A stretch of DNA of 64,000 bases, from the NCBI GenBank assembly GCA_963733295.1, contig CAVTCS010000003.1, positions 1,760,001 through 1,824,000 of the forward strand, written 5' to 3'. Numbering within the stretch: the stretch's first letter is position 1; each line of letters opens with the position of its first letter. A model generated the notes under the pieces. That model saw only the letters and a program-made list of their open reading frames with translations. It made no database searches and was not told the DNA's origin. Source of the stretch: Vulcanimicrobiota bacterium (lineage in GTDB: Bacteria > Vulcanimicrobiota > Vulcanimicrobiia > Vulcanimicrobiales > Vulcanimicrobiaceae). The translations under genes were made by a program, and so were the position numbers. Shown in pieces: positions 29,458 to 39,523 of this stretch.

Positions 29458-30429
29458 ATGAGCTGCGCTACGCTGGCGCAGGTGGAAGACGCGCGGAAGA
29501 ATATCGCCGACATCGCTTTCCGGACTCCGCTCGTACGGTGCAATACCGAAGAGCCACCGAACCTCTATTTGAAATTGGAGAACTTGCAGCCGATTGGATC
29601 GTTCAAGATTCGCGGCGCGGCCAACGCGATGGCGCGCACTCCGCGCGAGCGGCTCGAACGCGGCGTGTTGACGGCGTCGGCCGGTAACATGGCACAAGGT
29701 GTCGCGTTCTGCGCCCGAAGGTTGGGGATTCCAGCGACGGTCGTGGCGCCGGAAACCGCCCCCGCAACGAAGATTCGAGCGGTGCAGCGGTTGGGCGGCC
29801 GCGTTATCGCGGTTCCGTTTGCGGATTGGTGGCGTACGTTCGAAACGCGTTGCTATCCAGGCGTCGACGCAACCTTCATTCATGCTTTCGACGATCCGGA
29901 CGTCATGGCCGGCAACGGCACGATCGCGCTGGAGCTGCTCGAGGATTTACCGGATCTGGATGCAGTCGTGATTCCGTGGGGCGGCGGCGGTCTCGCGTGC
30001 GGAATAGCTACCGTTCTACGGGCGCTTGCTCCACGAGTACGGATCTATGCAGCCGAAATCGAGACGGCGGCTCCGCTGGCCGCATCGCTGGCGGCTGGGG
30101 AACCGCGGACGGTCGACTACACCCCGTCGTTTGTCGACGGCATCGGCAGCACAACGGTCTTCCCCGACATGTTCGAGTACGGACGCGCGCTGCTCGATGG
30201 GAGCCTTGTCGTTCGTCTGTCCGAGGCGGCGCAGGCGATGAAACTCCTGGCTGAGCGTAACCGCATCATCGCGGAAGGCGCTTCGGCTTGCGCGGTGGCA
30301 GCCGCATTGTCGGGCCGAGCGGGTTCCGGCAAAACCGTCGCGATCGTGTCCGGGGGAAACATTGACTTAGAGAAGTTCGCGCAGTTCGTCGGCTCTGGAC
30401 CTCTGGGCGCCGAACAAGCGCTGCCGTAG
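29458..30429 (+). CDS. PLP-dependent threonine/serine dehydratase family
   Basis: GSFKIRGA, SAGN, GGGG, SGGN. Confidence 0.88.
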   Translation: MSCATLAQVEDARKNIADIAFRTPLVRCNTEEPPNLYLKLENLQPIGSFKIRGAANAMARTPRERLERGVLTASAGNMAQGVAFCARRLGIPATVVAPETAPATKIRAVQRLGGRVIAVPFADWWRTFETRCYPGVDATFIHAFDDPDVMAGNGTIALELLEDLPDLDAVVIPWGGGGLACGIATVLRALAPRVRIYAAEIETAAPLAASLAAGEPRTVDYTPSFVDGIGSTTVFPDMFEYGRALLDGSLVVRLSEAAQAMKLLAERNRIIAEGASACAVAAALSGRAGSGKTVAIVSGGNIDLEKFAQFVGSGPLGAEQALP

Positions 30430-30783
30430 AGGCGGCGCGGGATGAGAAACGATCGACAACAGACGATCGACGCAGCTGACCGCGAGAACGCGCTCAGGTG
30501 GAGTTCCGAGGGTGACCCAAACTTCCAAGCGCGTTCCGAGCGCTTTGTGCGCGACGACCAACAGCCGTAGACCCGTCGAATCCATGTACGGGCATTCCGT
30601 CAGATCGACTACGGTCTTCTTGCCCAGAGCGGACGATTCGACGAGCATCGATTCGAATGCGGGGCCGCTTACCATGTCGATATCGCTGTAGACGTGCAGG
30701 ATCTCTTCGCGCGTCAGGCTTTCCCGGATCGCGACAAGAGACTCCTCGCTCCGAGCATCGATTGCTTTCACGTTAACTCCCAT
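30367..30783 (-). CDS. STAS domain anti-sigma factor antagonist
   Basis: VDLTECPYMDSTGL motif. Confidence 0.8.
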   Translation of the reverse strand: MGVNVKAIDARSEESLVAIRESLTREEILHVYSDIDMVSGPAFESMLVESSALGKKTVVDLTECPYMDSTGLRLLVVAHKALGTRLEVWVTLGTPPERVLAVSCVDRLLSIVSHPAPPLRQRLFGAQRSRADELRELL

Positions 30784-30805
30784 ACGACTTCCGCAACTTT
30801 TGTTG

Positions 30806-30842
30806 TGAGACGCATGATACGTCTCATCCGGGGGGCGTACAA
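30806..30842 (-). promoter_or_regulatory. Sigma70-like promoter TTGTAC-N17-TATCAT with a TGAGACG-N7-CGTCTCA palindrome over the -10 box
   Basis: -35 at 30837-42, -10 at 30814-19, inverted repeat 30806-30826. Confidence 0.5.
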
Positions 30843-30906
30843 GATGTCAATCGTCTGCGTGTCGCGCCTGCCGCACGGCCAACGCTTTAGAGCGGGATTC
30901 TAGCTG

Positions 30907-31308
30907 TTAGACGCGCAGCGCAAACGCGCGCGCAGCCGCCGTGATCGGACCCTGTACCTCCGCCAGAGGCTTTTCGCGCAACAGGAGCATGGGCGCAGCA
31001 TCGTCGAGCCGCGGGTTGCTCCCGTGGAACCAGGCCCGCGCGACCTCCCGATCCTGGGACGTCGCGATCATCGTCGCGATTTGCAACGCGAAGCGTAAGA
31101 CGTGCGGGCGCTGGGGTTGGCGGCCCTTCTCGGACATCCATTGAGCGACCGCGCGGGTCTCGGTGACGCCGGCTATGACGGCGACGGTGGTCGAACCAAG
31201 CAGGTCGTTCAGCTCGCAGACGACCTCATGAATCGGCATCCCCATGGCATGGTCGTGCGCGCCGAGGTCGCTTAAAACGGGGTCGGTTGACCGCGTCGAT
31301 CCACTCAT
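30907..31308 (-). CDS. Xre/MbcA/ParS-type antitoxin-like protein (HTH + C-terminal toxin-binding domain)
   Basis: LLGSTTVAVIAGVTETRAVAQW HTH; ARAWFHGSNPRLDDAAPMLLL. Confidence 0.75.
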   Translation of the reverse strand: MSGSTRSTDPVLSDLGAHDHAMGMPIHEVVCELNDLLGSTTVAVIAGVTETRAVAQWMSEKGRQPQRPHVLRFALQIATMIATSQDREVARAWFHGSNPRLDDAAPMLLLREKPLAEVQGPITAAARAFALRV

Positions 31309-31315
31309 CCCACCC

Positions 31316-31343
31316 ATAATACCAACTCTGACGCCGCTGTCAA
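31316..31343 (-). promoter_or_regulatory. Sigma70 promoter TTGACA-N16-TATTAT, 7 nt before the ATG (leaderless)
   Basis: -35 at 31338-43, extended -10 TGGTATTAT with hexamer at 31316-21, ATG at 31308. Confidence 0.7.
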
Positions 31344-31446
31344 TCCCATCTGGTTTTCCAGCCGATTCAGCAGGCCGACCCGCCTGGCCAATGCCGCCCC
31401 AGGGCCGGGCGACCGGGTGGGACACGCTAACGCCGGAGCTTCACGG

Positions 31447-32364
31447 CTACGGTGGCGCCGCCAGAAACGCATCGATAATCGTATAATACGCGGTTGGGTC
31501 CTCCGCCCACGGGAAGTGGCCGGCGCGCGCGACCGTGTGCAACGTCGAATTGGGAATGAGCCGGTGCAAGTCTGCAGCAGTATCCGCTCCAACCGGATCT
31601 TCGGCGCCTTGCACGATCAGCGTGGGGGCGCGAATCGCGCCGAGCGAGGAACGGAGGTGATAGGTCGTCATGAGATCGTCCGTCATCAGCTTGTTTGTCG
31701 TGGGATCGAAGTAGTGGGGAGCCGAGAGATTGCCGAGCGCGAGATCGACCTTCGTGGGATCGTACATGTACGCTTCAAAGTACACGCGGAAGCCTTCGTG
31801 CGAGCCCGCCGGAAGCGTCCGCAACGCCCGCTTTTCCGCCGGAGTTCGCGCTTGCTCGATGCGTTTGGGAAACGCGCGCATAAACGCGCTATCTGCGCCC
31901 CCGGAATCTGATAGCACGAGCAGCGACACGTTGGAAGGGTAGCGACTCGCATATGCCATCGCCAACTCCCCGCCCCAAGAGTGACCGAACAAACGCAGGT
32001 TAGAGAGCCCCAACTCGCGCCGCAGCGCTTCGATATCGTCCCGGTCCTTCGCGAGCGTGAACGTTCCGGCATTCGCAGGCGAGACACTCGAGCATCCGGT
32101 CCCGCGCTGGTCGAGCAGCACGACGGTATTTGCGTTACTGAAGTGACGAGCCGGAGATTCGATGTAAGCCGTCGAGAGACCGGGGCCTCCGGCGAGCATC
32201 ACAAGGGTCGGACCGCTGCCGGCCACGCGATAGCACAGCGTCGCCGCGCCGTGCCTGAACGTGTGCGTCGAGAAGGCCGGCCCGCTTGTGGAGGCAGCCG
32301 TCGCGTTCAGCGGGCCGAGCATAGCCGTGGCGATGCTCGCGAAGGCAACGACACTCAGCTTCAC
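31447..32364 (-). CDS. Secreted alpha/beta hydrolase (proline iminopeptidase-like)
   Basis: GGPG, DQRG, GHSWGG, AGHFP. Confidence 0.85.
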   Translation of the reverse strand: MKLSVVAFASIATAMLGPLNATAASTSGPAFSTHTFRHGAATLCYRVAGSGPTLVMLAGGPGLSTAYIESPARHFSNANTVVLLDQRGTGCSSVSPANAGTFTLAKDRDDIEALRRELGLSNLRLFGHSWGGELAMAYASRYPSNVSLLVLSDSGGADSAFMRAFPKRIEQARTPAEKRALRTLPAGSHEGFRVYFEAYMYDPTKVDLALGNLSAPHYFDPTTNKLMTDDLMTTYHLRSSLGAIRAPTLIVQGAEDPVGADTAADLHRLIPNSTLHTVARAGHFPWAEDPTAYYTIIDAFLAAPP

Positions 32365-32385
32365 GGTTGCCGCCCGTCCAATCAG

Positions 32386-34893
32386 TTAGGGCGCGGCCAT
32401 TGTCGCGTGCGCTTCCAGGGCTTGCCGCGCCAAGGCTTGCAGTGCTTCGACGTGGGCGCGGGGCAGATCGGGTAGCTTCGTTCGCAGCGCGATCGTCGTG
32501 TCGTGAAGCAGATACTCGAGTTGAAGGCGCGCGAGTGCTTGCGCGTCGGGCGGCGTGCCGGCCGCGGGTGCGATCCAAAGCTGCGAGAGCCGTTTTGCGA
32601 AGCGCATCTGTGCGTTGCGCCGGACGACTCCAGCCTTTGCGATCGACCCGTTTGCGAGGTCGCCGTAGAATCCGTTTCTCGTCCAATCGAAGAGGTCGGT
32701 CAACGTCATCGTCGCTCCCGTCGCGTACTTCGTGGAAAGCTCGTCGATACGCTGAAGCGTCAAGGGAGCGAAGAGCTCGTTCAAGGCACGTTCCTGCGCT
32801 TGTTCGGCGATCTGGACCACGGCCACATCGTGACGCGGCGTCGGGTTGTAGATCCAAGTCCCGTCGGGGCCAAGCGAACTTATCTCACTGTAGGTCAGCC
32901 GATTGAGAACGTTCGGATTGAACTGCCAAGCAGCATCTGAGAACAAGTAATCTTGCAAAACTCGCCAGGCCTGGTATTCGTCCGCGCGCGCGACGGGCTC
33001 CATCGGGGCCGTGCTATGCGGGTCGCCCGCGTCTGCGCGGGAGATGTATTCGCCGCCGATGATGTGGGCCGGCATGACGGCAGTACGCGCGTACATCCTC
33101 AGCGGAGCCTGAAAGGCGCGCCGCGCTTCGTCAAAAGATTCACCGTTCTTGGGGAAACGCCGGTCGACCGCGTTCATGAGCGAATGGAGCATCGTCAACT
33201 GCATCTTTTCCCACTCGAGCGGATGATTTGTGAGATCGTCCTGCTGCACGCGCGGGTCAACCGCGTGACCGCTTTCGAACGAGACGTCCTCGTCCGACGC
33301 AAATCGATACACCGGGTCGGACCAGCGCGAAGCGATCTTGTTGAGCGCGGGGACCTCGGCTTCCGGCGTCGTCGCGTTCGGAATATAGCCGTAGCCGTAT
33401 TGCACCGCGTAGTAGTCGTACGGTCCGATCGTCAGCTGGAAGTAGTCTCCTTGCCGGGTCCCGCTCGGCCAAAGGTTGACGGGCGCGTATTCCATCACGC
33501 TGCTGGCCACGCCGTTCTTGGCCGTGAAGGCGGGGTCTTGTAGCTGTTTGGCAGTGTAGGCCACCGAGCCGATGAAGTTGTGCTGTAACCCGAGATCGTG
33601 CCCCGATTCGTGCAAGACGACCGAAGTAATCAGATCCAAGGTAAACTTCTTTTCGAGGGCTTCGTTGTCGGGCAATCCGCGCGCGGGCGCGACCACGTAG
33701 CGGTAGAACGAAGCGCCTCCGGGTCCCAGGACCGCGTCCACGTTGATCCCGACGTTGATCTCCTCTCCGGTACGCGGGTCGTTGATGATCAGCGCTTCGG
33801 CTCCGTACTGCGGACTGGAGGTATCGACCCAACTCACCATGTTGTTGCGGAGGTCGTCGACGTCGAACGTCGAGTCGTCGGGCTGCTGCCGCACTTGTAC
33901 GGCTCCCTGAATACCGATGCGGGAAAACGCGCCGTTCCACGCGAGCAACGCGTTCCTTACGGCGTCGCGGTACTCGGTTGGAACGTCGTTGCTGATTGTA
34001 AACACGATGGCGTTCTTGGCGGGCGACGGTTGGCCGGGCGTTTGCGGATTGAAGTTCCAACGGCTCACATAGTAGACGTTGCGCGAAGGGTTCCTGTCGG
34101 TTTGGAAATTCAAAAGCGGCTGTTCGAAGTACCCGACTCGGGGATCGGCGATCCGCGGCATATACCCGTTCTGCGGAGCCGCGACGATGTTGTACGTCAT
34201 CCGAACCTCAACGCTCCGAGGATCGGGGACGTTATCGATCTTGTCGGGCGTGTCGGTTGCCCACGTCTGATCGACCCGCAGGATCGTGTTCTGCGGAAAA
34301 CTCTTGGTCTCGGTGAAAAACGTGCGCGCCGCGTCGAGATGATAGGCGTTTTCGGGTTTCTTAGCGACGCTATCGAACTGCGCCTTGAGGTTTGCGACGT
34401 CGCCTAAGAAAGCCGCGGCCGAGAAGGCCACCATCGTATCGGACTGCGCTTCGATCGGCGCGATGGCGACGATCGAGCTTGCGAGGGATGCCTGCACTCC
34501 GGCGGCCTGGGGCGAATTCGGATCGACCTTGGCAATCGTGTTCGGCCAACGGATCACGATGTTGTCGTCGACGCGTTCGAACCGCATGATGCGGGCGGGC
34601 GCCACGTACGGCTCGCCCGGCGCCGGTCCGAAGCCGCCGAGTCCCGTGGAGGGAACGGCGATCTCGATGAAGTCTTTGCCCAGTTGCGCGGTCGAGACGG
34701 CTAAGTAAACCTTTCCGTTTTTACGGATGACGCCGAGCAGTCCATTCACGACCGTCGCGCCCTTGACGAACGCGTCGTACTTCGCCGGCGCAGAGGACGG
34801 AGTCGCGGCACTATTGTCCGTTGCCGCAAATGCGCGAGAACCGGGCGCAAATAAGAGGACCGCAATCAGAAAAAGTCTGAAAACCGGGCGCAT
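32386..34893 (-). CDS. Secreted zinc-dependent metalloprotease (DUF5117/DUF4953-type metzincin)
   Basis: HESGHDLGLQHNF, SVMEY Met-turn, DPRVGYF, DPRTGE; GGAGG RBS. Confidence 0.9.
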   Translation of the reverse strand: MRPVFRLFLIAVLLFAPGSRAFAATDNSAATPSSAPAKYDAFVKGATVVNGLLGVIRKNGKVYLAVSTAQLGKDFIEIAVPSTGLGGFGPAPGEPYVAPARIMRFERVDDNIVIRWPNTIAKVDPNSPQAAGVQASLASSIVAIAPIEAQSDTMVAFSAAAFLGDVANLKAQFDSVAKKPENAYHLDAARTFFTETKSFPQNTILRVDQTWATDTPDKIDNVPDPRSVEVRMTYNIVAAPQNGYMPRIADPRVGYFEQPLLNFQTDRNPSRNVYYVSRWNFNPQTPGQPSPAKNAIVFTISNDVPTEYRDAVRNALLAWNGAFSRIGIQGAVQVRQQPDDSTFDVDDLRNNMVSWVDTSSPQYGAEALIINDPRTGEEINVGINVDAVLGPGGASFYRYVVAPARGLPDNEALEKKFTLDLITSVVLHESGHDLGLQHNFIGSVAYTAKQLQDPAFTAKNGVASSVMEYAPVNLWPSGTRQGDYFQLTIGPYDYYAVQYGYGYIPNATTPEAEVPALNKIASRWSDPVYRFASDEDVSFESGHAVDPRVQQDDLTNHPLEWEKMQLTMLHSLMNAVDRRFPKNGESFDEARRAFQAPLRMYARTAVMPAHIIGGEYISRADAGDPHSTAPMEPVARADEYQAWRVLQDYLFSDAAWQFNPNVLNRLTYSEISSLGPDGTWIYNPTPRHDVAVVQIAEQAQERALNELFAPLTLQRIDELSTKYATGATMTLTDLFDWTRNGFYGDLANGSIAKAGVVRRNAQMRFAKRLSQLWIAPAAGTPPDAQALARLQLEYLLHDTTIALRTKLPDLPRAHVEALQALARQALEAHATMAAP

Positions 34894-34966
34894 AACAACC
34901 TCCCCAGGATGACTTCCAACTACGCCGATAAAGCAATCCCACCCTCGCGGCTCGAAGGAGGGGCCC

Positions 34967-35500
34967 ATGAATTGGGAGGCGGTTACCGCGCTAAGCACGG
35001 CCTTTACTGGGCTCGTGATTTTCCTGACGGTCATCTATGCGGCTCGGCAAGTCCACGCCTTGAACGAGCAATCCAAAGCACTCGGAGCGCAGCTCGAACA
35101 CCTTCGGCGCGCAACGCAGCTCGACGGAACGCTCGCCATCTTTGAGGAACTCTTTTCACCCGACGTCATGGCCGCCTATCGATTTATTATGACCGACTAC
35201 GACGAACGGATGAAAGACGAACGCTACCGCGCCGAAGCCATCCAGAGCATCCCGGACCCCGAAAAGCACAAAGAGATCCACTTCCTGCGTCATATGGAGC
35301 GCATCGGCACGTTGGTCAAGGGCGGCCTGTTGGACTCGGACGTGTTGCTTGACTTCAGCGACGAAATGATTCTGGGAACCTGGAAGCATCTCAAGCCCCT
35401 CGTGCTCGAACAGCGTCGCTATCTCAAGCGCGAGCGATTGTGGGAGAACTTCGAATTCATCGAATCTCTGGCTGCAGAAGAGAACCCCGCATGGCAGTGA
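34967..35500 (+). CDS. Hypothetical protein with N-terminal TM helix (DUF4760-like)
   Basis: TM helix, then MERIGTLVKGG...WENFE; GGAGG RBS. Confidence 0.7.
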   Translation: MNWEAVTALSTAFTGLVIFLTVIYAARQVHALNEQSKALGAQLEHLRRATQLDGTLAIFEELFSPDVMAAYRFIMTDYDERMKDERYRAEAIQSIPDPEKHKEIHFLRHMERIGTLVKGGLLDSDVLLDFSDEMILGTWKHLKPLVLEQRRYLKRERLWENFEFIESLAAEENPAWQ

Positions 35501-36054
35501 CGGCGCTCGATCCAAAGACGGCCCTTGTCGTCATCGATCTCCAAAAAGGAATTCTATCGTACCCGACAGCGCACCCGATCGTGGGGGTGGTCAAACGCGC
35601 CGGCGCGTTGACCGACGCGTTCCGCCGCAGAAGTCTGCCGGTCGTGCTCGTCAACGTTGAGGGCGCAGCGCCGGGCCGAACGGAACATGCGCGCAACGCC
35701 GGTGAACGCCCCGCCGGATGGGCCGATCTCGTCCCCGAGTTGAATCAACAGCCGGGAGACCACACGGTAACGAAGCGCACGTGGGGAGCCTTCACGAACA
35801 CCGATCTCGAAGCGCACCTCAAGGGCTTGGGCGTCACGCAGATCGTCATCGCCGGCGTCGCTACCAGCATCGGAGTCGAGTCGACCGCACGCGATGCATA
35901 CGAGCGCGGGTTCAACGTCACGCTCGTTATCGATGCCATGACCGACGCGAGCGTCGACGCTCACGCCAACAGTGTCACGCGAATCTTCCCTAGATTGGGC
36001 GAAACCGGTACGACGCAAGAGATACTCGGGCTCCTCGACCCAACCCGCATCTAA
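35497..36054 (+). CDS. Isochorismatase/cysteine hydrolase family
   Basis: ALVVIDLQ, KRTWGAF, GVATSIGVESTARDA; GTGA overlap with the upstream gene. Confidence 0.9.
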   Translation: MTALDPKTALVVIDLQKGILSYPTAHPIVGVVKRAGALTDAFRRRSLPVVLVNVEGAAPGRTEHARNAGERPAGWADLVPELNQQPGDHTVTKRTWGAFTNTDLEAHLKGLGVTQIVIAGVATSIGVESTARDAYERGFNVTLVIDAMTDASVDAHANSVTRIFPRLGETGTTQEILGLLDPTRI

Positions 36055-36064
36055 CGGGCGAGAA

Positions 36065-36081
36065 CCTGGGAAATTCCCAGG
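36065..36081. promoter_or_regulatory. Perfect palindrome CCTGGGAA-A-TTCCCAGG just before the primase ATG
   Basis: 8-bp arms, 1-bp spacer; 2 nt separate it from ATG 36084. Confidence 0.5.
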
Positions 36082-36083
36082 GA

Positions 36084-37826
36084 ATGACGGCAACGTCGTC
36101 GCCGCGAAAAAGCCCCATACAGATGTTGACCGGCACCATCGTGGACCATTACGAATACCTGGACGAAGCAGGACATCCGCTTTACCAAACGGTGCGCTCC
36201 GAGCCCAAGTCATTTTTTCAGCGTCGGCCTGACGGCGAGGGCGGTTGGATCGATAACCTGGAGGGCGTACGCCGCATCCCGTTCCACCTGCGCGCTCTCA
36301 TCGCCGATCGGGCGCGCAACGTCGTCTACGTTGTCGAGAACGAGAAGGACGTTCTGGCGCTGCACAAGCGCGGACTGACGGCCACGACGAGCGCGGGCGG
36401 CGCCGCTTGGAAGTGGCCCGACGAGTGGGCCGATTACTTCAAAGGAGCTACGCATGTCGTCGTCATCGCGGACAACGACAAGGCGGCCGTCGAGGCTGCC
36501 TATCAGCGAGCCGGCGTCATTGCTCGCGTCTGCCACGATGTTCGAGTCATCGAGGCTCTGCCCGGTATCCCCGACAACGGAGACGTTAGCGATTGGCTCG
36601 CAATCGGAGGCAACACGAAGGATCGGCTTGAGGCGTTAGCAGCGAAGCTTCCGAAATTCAGCCCCTTGCCTTCGGCGCAGCAACAGCATCAACAACAGAA
36701 GGCTCCATCTGAAAGCGTGACCGTGATGGAGCAGTGGGGGGCTCTCCTTCGACGGGTTGTCGATGACGGCCGGCTCGACGGTCATCTCAGTTTCGCGGGG
36801 GAGTGGCGGACGGACGGTACGCGACCTGTTCGGTGCCCGTTCGCGAACGAGCATCAAAGCCTCGAGGAGACAAACCCCAGCGCCTATCTCATGACGCAAA
36901 AAGGCTCGGGCCTGCGCTGCAACAACGAGAACCACAAGTCCGGCGTTCTCGGTTTGCTGAGAGACATCGGCTGGGCAAGTGACACCGACGCCGCTCGTCG
37001 CAAGCTGACGGCCCTCGGCTATACCCTTCCCGCTTCCCGACCGCTGCAAATCGTAACGCTTTCAGACATTGAAGAGCTCCCCATGCAGTGGCTCTGGGAC
37101 GGCCGCATAGCCTACAACTGCCTGACCATCCTCGCCGGAGACGGCGGCATCGGGAAATCGTACGTCACGGTCGCTACCGCCGCGGCCGTCACGAGAGGCG
37201 GGAAGCTGCCGGTCGATGGCGGCATGCAGGATGTCGAGCAGGGCGACGTTCTTCTGGTTGGTTTCGAGGACGGCGTGGGCATCGCAATCGCGCAAGTCAT
37301 CAAAAAGCGCGCTCGCCTCTGCGACGTGGACGATACTCACCTGCACGTCATCGAGGGCGCTCGCGACGAGAAGGGCAAAATCGTGCCGTTCTCGCGCGTC
37401 CACGTGGATCTCATCGCTGCTCATTTGCGCGAGAACCCCGGCGTACGGCTCGTCGTCATCGACCCCTTGATGAGCTACACCGGGAAGGCAGACGCGTACC
37501 GTGATAACGACGTGCGCGAGGCCCTTCACGGCATCGTCGACGTCATCCAAAAGTGTCCAAACAAAGTCGCGCTGCTCATCGTACACCCCAACCGCAAGGC
37601 GGCTGGAGAGAAAGGTACCGATAGAGTCGCAGGCTCAGTGGGTCTGACGAACCTCGCGCGCAGTGTTATCGCGGCCGGCTACGAGAAGCTCCGTGACGAG
37701 ACGACCGGCGAAGAACGTAACGGCCGAAAGATGCTGACGGTCATCAAGGGTAACGATTTTGGCACGACCTCTGCCATACCGTTCGGCATCAACGACGACG
37801 GGACGTTCTGGTGGTCTAAGGGTTGA
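36084..37826 (+). CDS. Phage/plasmid-type primase-helicase (TOPRIM + Zn finger + RepA-like AAA_25)
   Basis: VVENEKD and IADND TOPRIM motifs; RCPF..H...C; Walker A GDGGIGKS; Walker B LVVIDP; GS..L.NLARS. Confidence 0.82.
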   Translation: MTATSSPRKSPIQMLTGTIVDHYEYLDEAGHPLYQTVRSEPKSFFQRRPDGEGGWIDNLEGVRRIPFHLRALIADRARNVVYVVENEKDVLALHKRGLTATTSAGGAAWKWPDEWADYFKGATHVVVIADNDKAAVEAAYQRAGVIARVCHDVRVIEALPGIPDNGDVSDWLAIGGNTKDRLEALAAKLPKFSPLPSAQQQHQQQKAPSESVTVMEQWGALLRRVVDDGRLDGHLSFAGEWRTDGTRPVRCPFANEHQSLEETNPSAYLMTQKGSGLRCNNENHKSGVLGLLRDIGWASDTDAARRKLTALGYTLPASRPLQIVTLSDIEELPMQWLWDGRIAYNCLTILAGDGGIGKSYVTVATAAAVTRGGKLPVDGGMQDVEQGDVLLVGFEDGVGIAIAQVIKKRARLCDVDDTHLHVIEGARDEKGKIVPFSRVHVDLIAAHLRENPGVRLVVIDPLMSYTGKADAYRDNDVREALHGIVDVIQKCPNKVALLIVHPNRKAAGEKGTDRVAGSVGLTNLARSVIAAGYEKLRDETTGEERNGRKMLTVIKGNDFGTTSAIPFGINDDGTFWWSKG

Positions 37827-38964
37827 CTTTGTAATCGGCGACCATGCCGCTTTCCATGTGGTCGCTCACGTGGCAATGGAACATCCAGATGCCTGGATTG
37901 TCGGGAACCATGTCCGCCGTTAGCGATTGCGCCGGCGAGATGCTGAGGACGTCGACTCGGCTTCCATTCACGAGGACGGTGTTGCCGTGCCAGTGGGGCG
38001 TATGGAAATTGAACCCTTCGCCCAGCGTTAGGACGTACCAGCGCACGTGGTCTCCCCGCTTCATCACCGGCATGGGCATGTTCCCGAACTGATAGCCGTT
38101 GATCGACGAGCGAAAGTTGACGACCGGCACTCCCGTTCCGATCAGCGCGTCGAAGTTTCCGTTCGGATCGACGTTCCCGGCCTTGAACTTATCGGACGGC
38201 TTGTAGTCGGGCACGAAGCGCTTGAGGTTCTGATTGATGAACCAGCTGTTGTTCTCATCGAAGATCATGAAGAGCGTCGCGAACTCGTGGTCGACGTCTT
38301 TTGGGGTGCCGTCGGGCCGGGCCATGCCCTGACGCGTGACCACGATCGCTCCGATTAAGCCGGAGTTCACGTCGCGGCGCTCGTCGACGTGCGAGTGGTA
38401 GAACCAGACGATCGAGCTGGGATCGTTCGGTCCAGGGCCGGCTCGCTCCGGAACGTCCCATTCATAGGTGAAGGTCTTGCCGGGCGCGACCGCCTCGCCG
38501 CCTTTCTCACTCGCGGGCACTCCGTCGGCGTAAGGCGATCCCTCCGACGCTTTCGCGTAGAACACGCCGTGTGGATGCATGCTATACGGATGCGTCCCAT
38601 TGTTGCGAAAGACGATCTTGATCGTATCGCCGACTTCCGCATGAATCAGCGGGCCTAGGATCCCGAGATACCGTTCGCTTTGCGGGCGCGGCTTGGGGTG
38701 TGCAAAAGTGGCGTCGGTGTACTCGCGATACACCGCCTTGCGGTAGACCACGCCGATCTGGTGAGGGCCGTGCTGCGTAAAGATCTTGGCATAACCTTCG
38801 GGCGGCATGCCCATCATCTTGTCGATTCCGCTCGGGAAGTAGTTCCAATCGATCTCGTCCGCCGCGATATAGTAGGTTCTCACCTGGCCCGAGGTCGCCG
38901 GCGGCGACGCGGCGAGACCGAAGACGGCGAGAAAGAGAATACAAAGCCGTAGGACTCGTTTCAA
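37816..38964 (-). CDS. Two-domain multicopper oxidase (small-laccase-like)
   Basis: HPHG, YHSH, HTPHWHG, HCHVSDHMESGM; signal peptide. Confidence 0.92.
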   Translation of the reverse strand: MKRVLRLCILFLAVFGLAASPPATSGQVRTYYIAADEIDWNYFPSGIDKMMGMPPEGYAKIFTQHGPHQIGVVYRKAVYREYTDATFAHPKPRPQSERYLGILGPLIHAEVGDTIKIVFRNNGTHPYSMHPHGVFYAKASEGSPYADGVPASEKGGEAVAPGKTFTYEWDVPERAGPGPNDPSSIVWFYHSHVDERRDVNSGLIGAIVVTRQGMARPDGTPKDVDHEFATLFMIFDENNSWFINQNLKRFVPDYKPSDKFKAGNVDPNGNFDALIGTGVPVVNFRSSINGYQFGNMPMPVMKRGDHVRWYVLTLGEGFNFHTPHWHGNTVLVNGSRVDVLSISPAQSLTADMVPDNPGIWMFHCHVSDHMESGMVADYKVNP

Positions 38965-39117
38965 AAGTAAAAGACCCCCACTTCTGCCTCGCGCCGGCGC
39001 GAATAGGAGAAAGTTCGCCCCCTAAAATTCGGAGCAAACTATCGGGCCTTTAGTACGGCGTGGGCGCTCGCATTCCTGGGAACCTTCGGCTAGCCGTTCA
39101 TCCGTTCGATGGCTTCG

Positions 39118-39429
39118 TCACCGCGAGAAGGCCGCGAGCCAAGGCCTCACTTCGACGACGAGGAGTCCGCTTTGTACGGCGGGGTCGGCTTGCGCGATTT
39201 CGTCCGCTAGCGAGCGGCTGACACCGGGAGCGAAAACCATCATGCCGCCGCTCGAATCGATGAACGGTCCGCCCCGCTCGAGATGACCGTCCTTTAGCGC
39301 GGCTCCGTAGTGCGCGACGTGGTCGCGCACACCCGGTTGCTCCGAGAACTCCGTCCCGGAACGCCACGCCGGGCCCGGCCGGTGAAAGGCAACGAAACGA
39401 ATCGGCGCCTCCTCGTCGGACTCTGCCAT
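39118..39429 (-). CDS. YciI family protein
   Basis: HVAH...GGPF...DPAVQSG...VRPW. Confidence 0.8.
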   Translation of the reverse strand: MAESDEEAPIRFVAFHRPGPAWRSGTEFSEQPGVRDHVAHYGAALKDGHLERGGPFIDSSGGMMVFAPGVSRSLADEIAQADPAVQSGLLVVEVRPWLAAFSR

Positions 39430-39523
39430 ACGAATACTTTTGACGCACGCGGAAGCATCCCCGGAAGCAAACGGAAACTTCCGGCACGCACCGAGCGGAA
39501 TGTGACCTACGCGGCGCGTGCCG

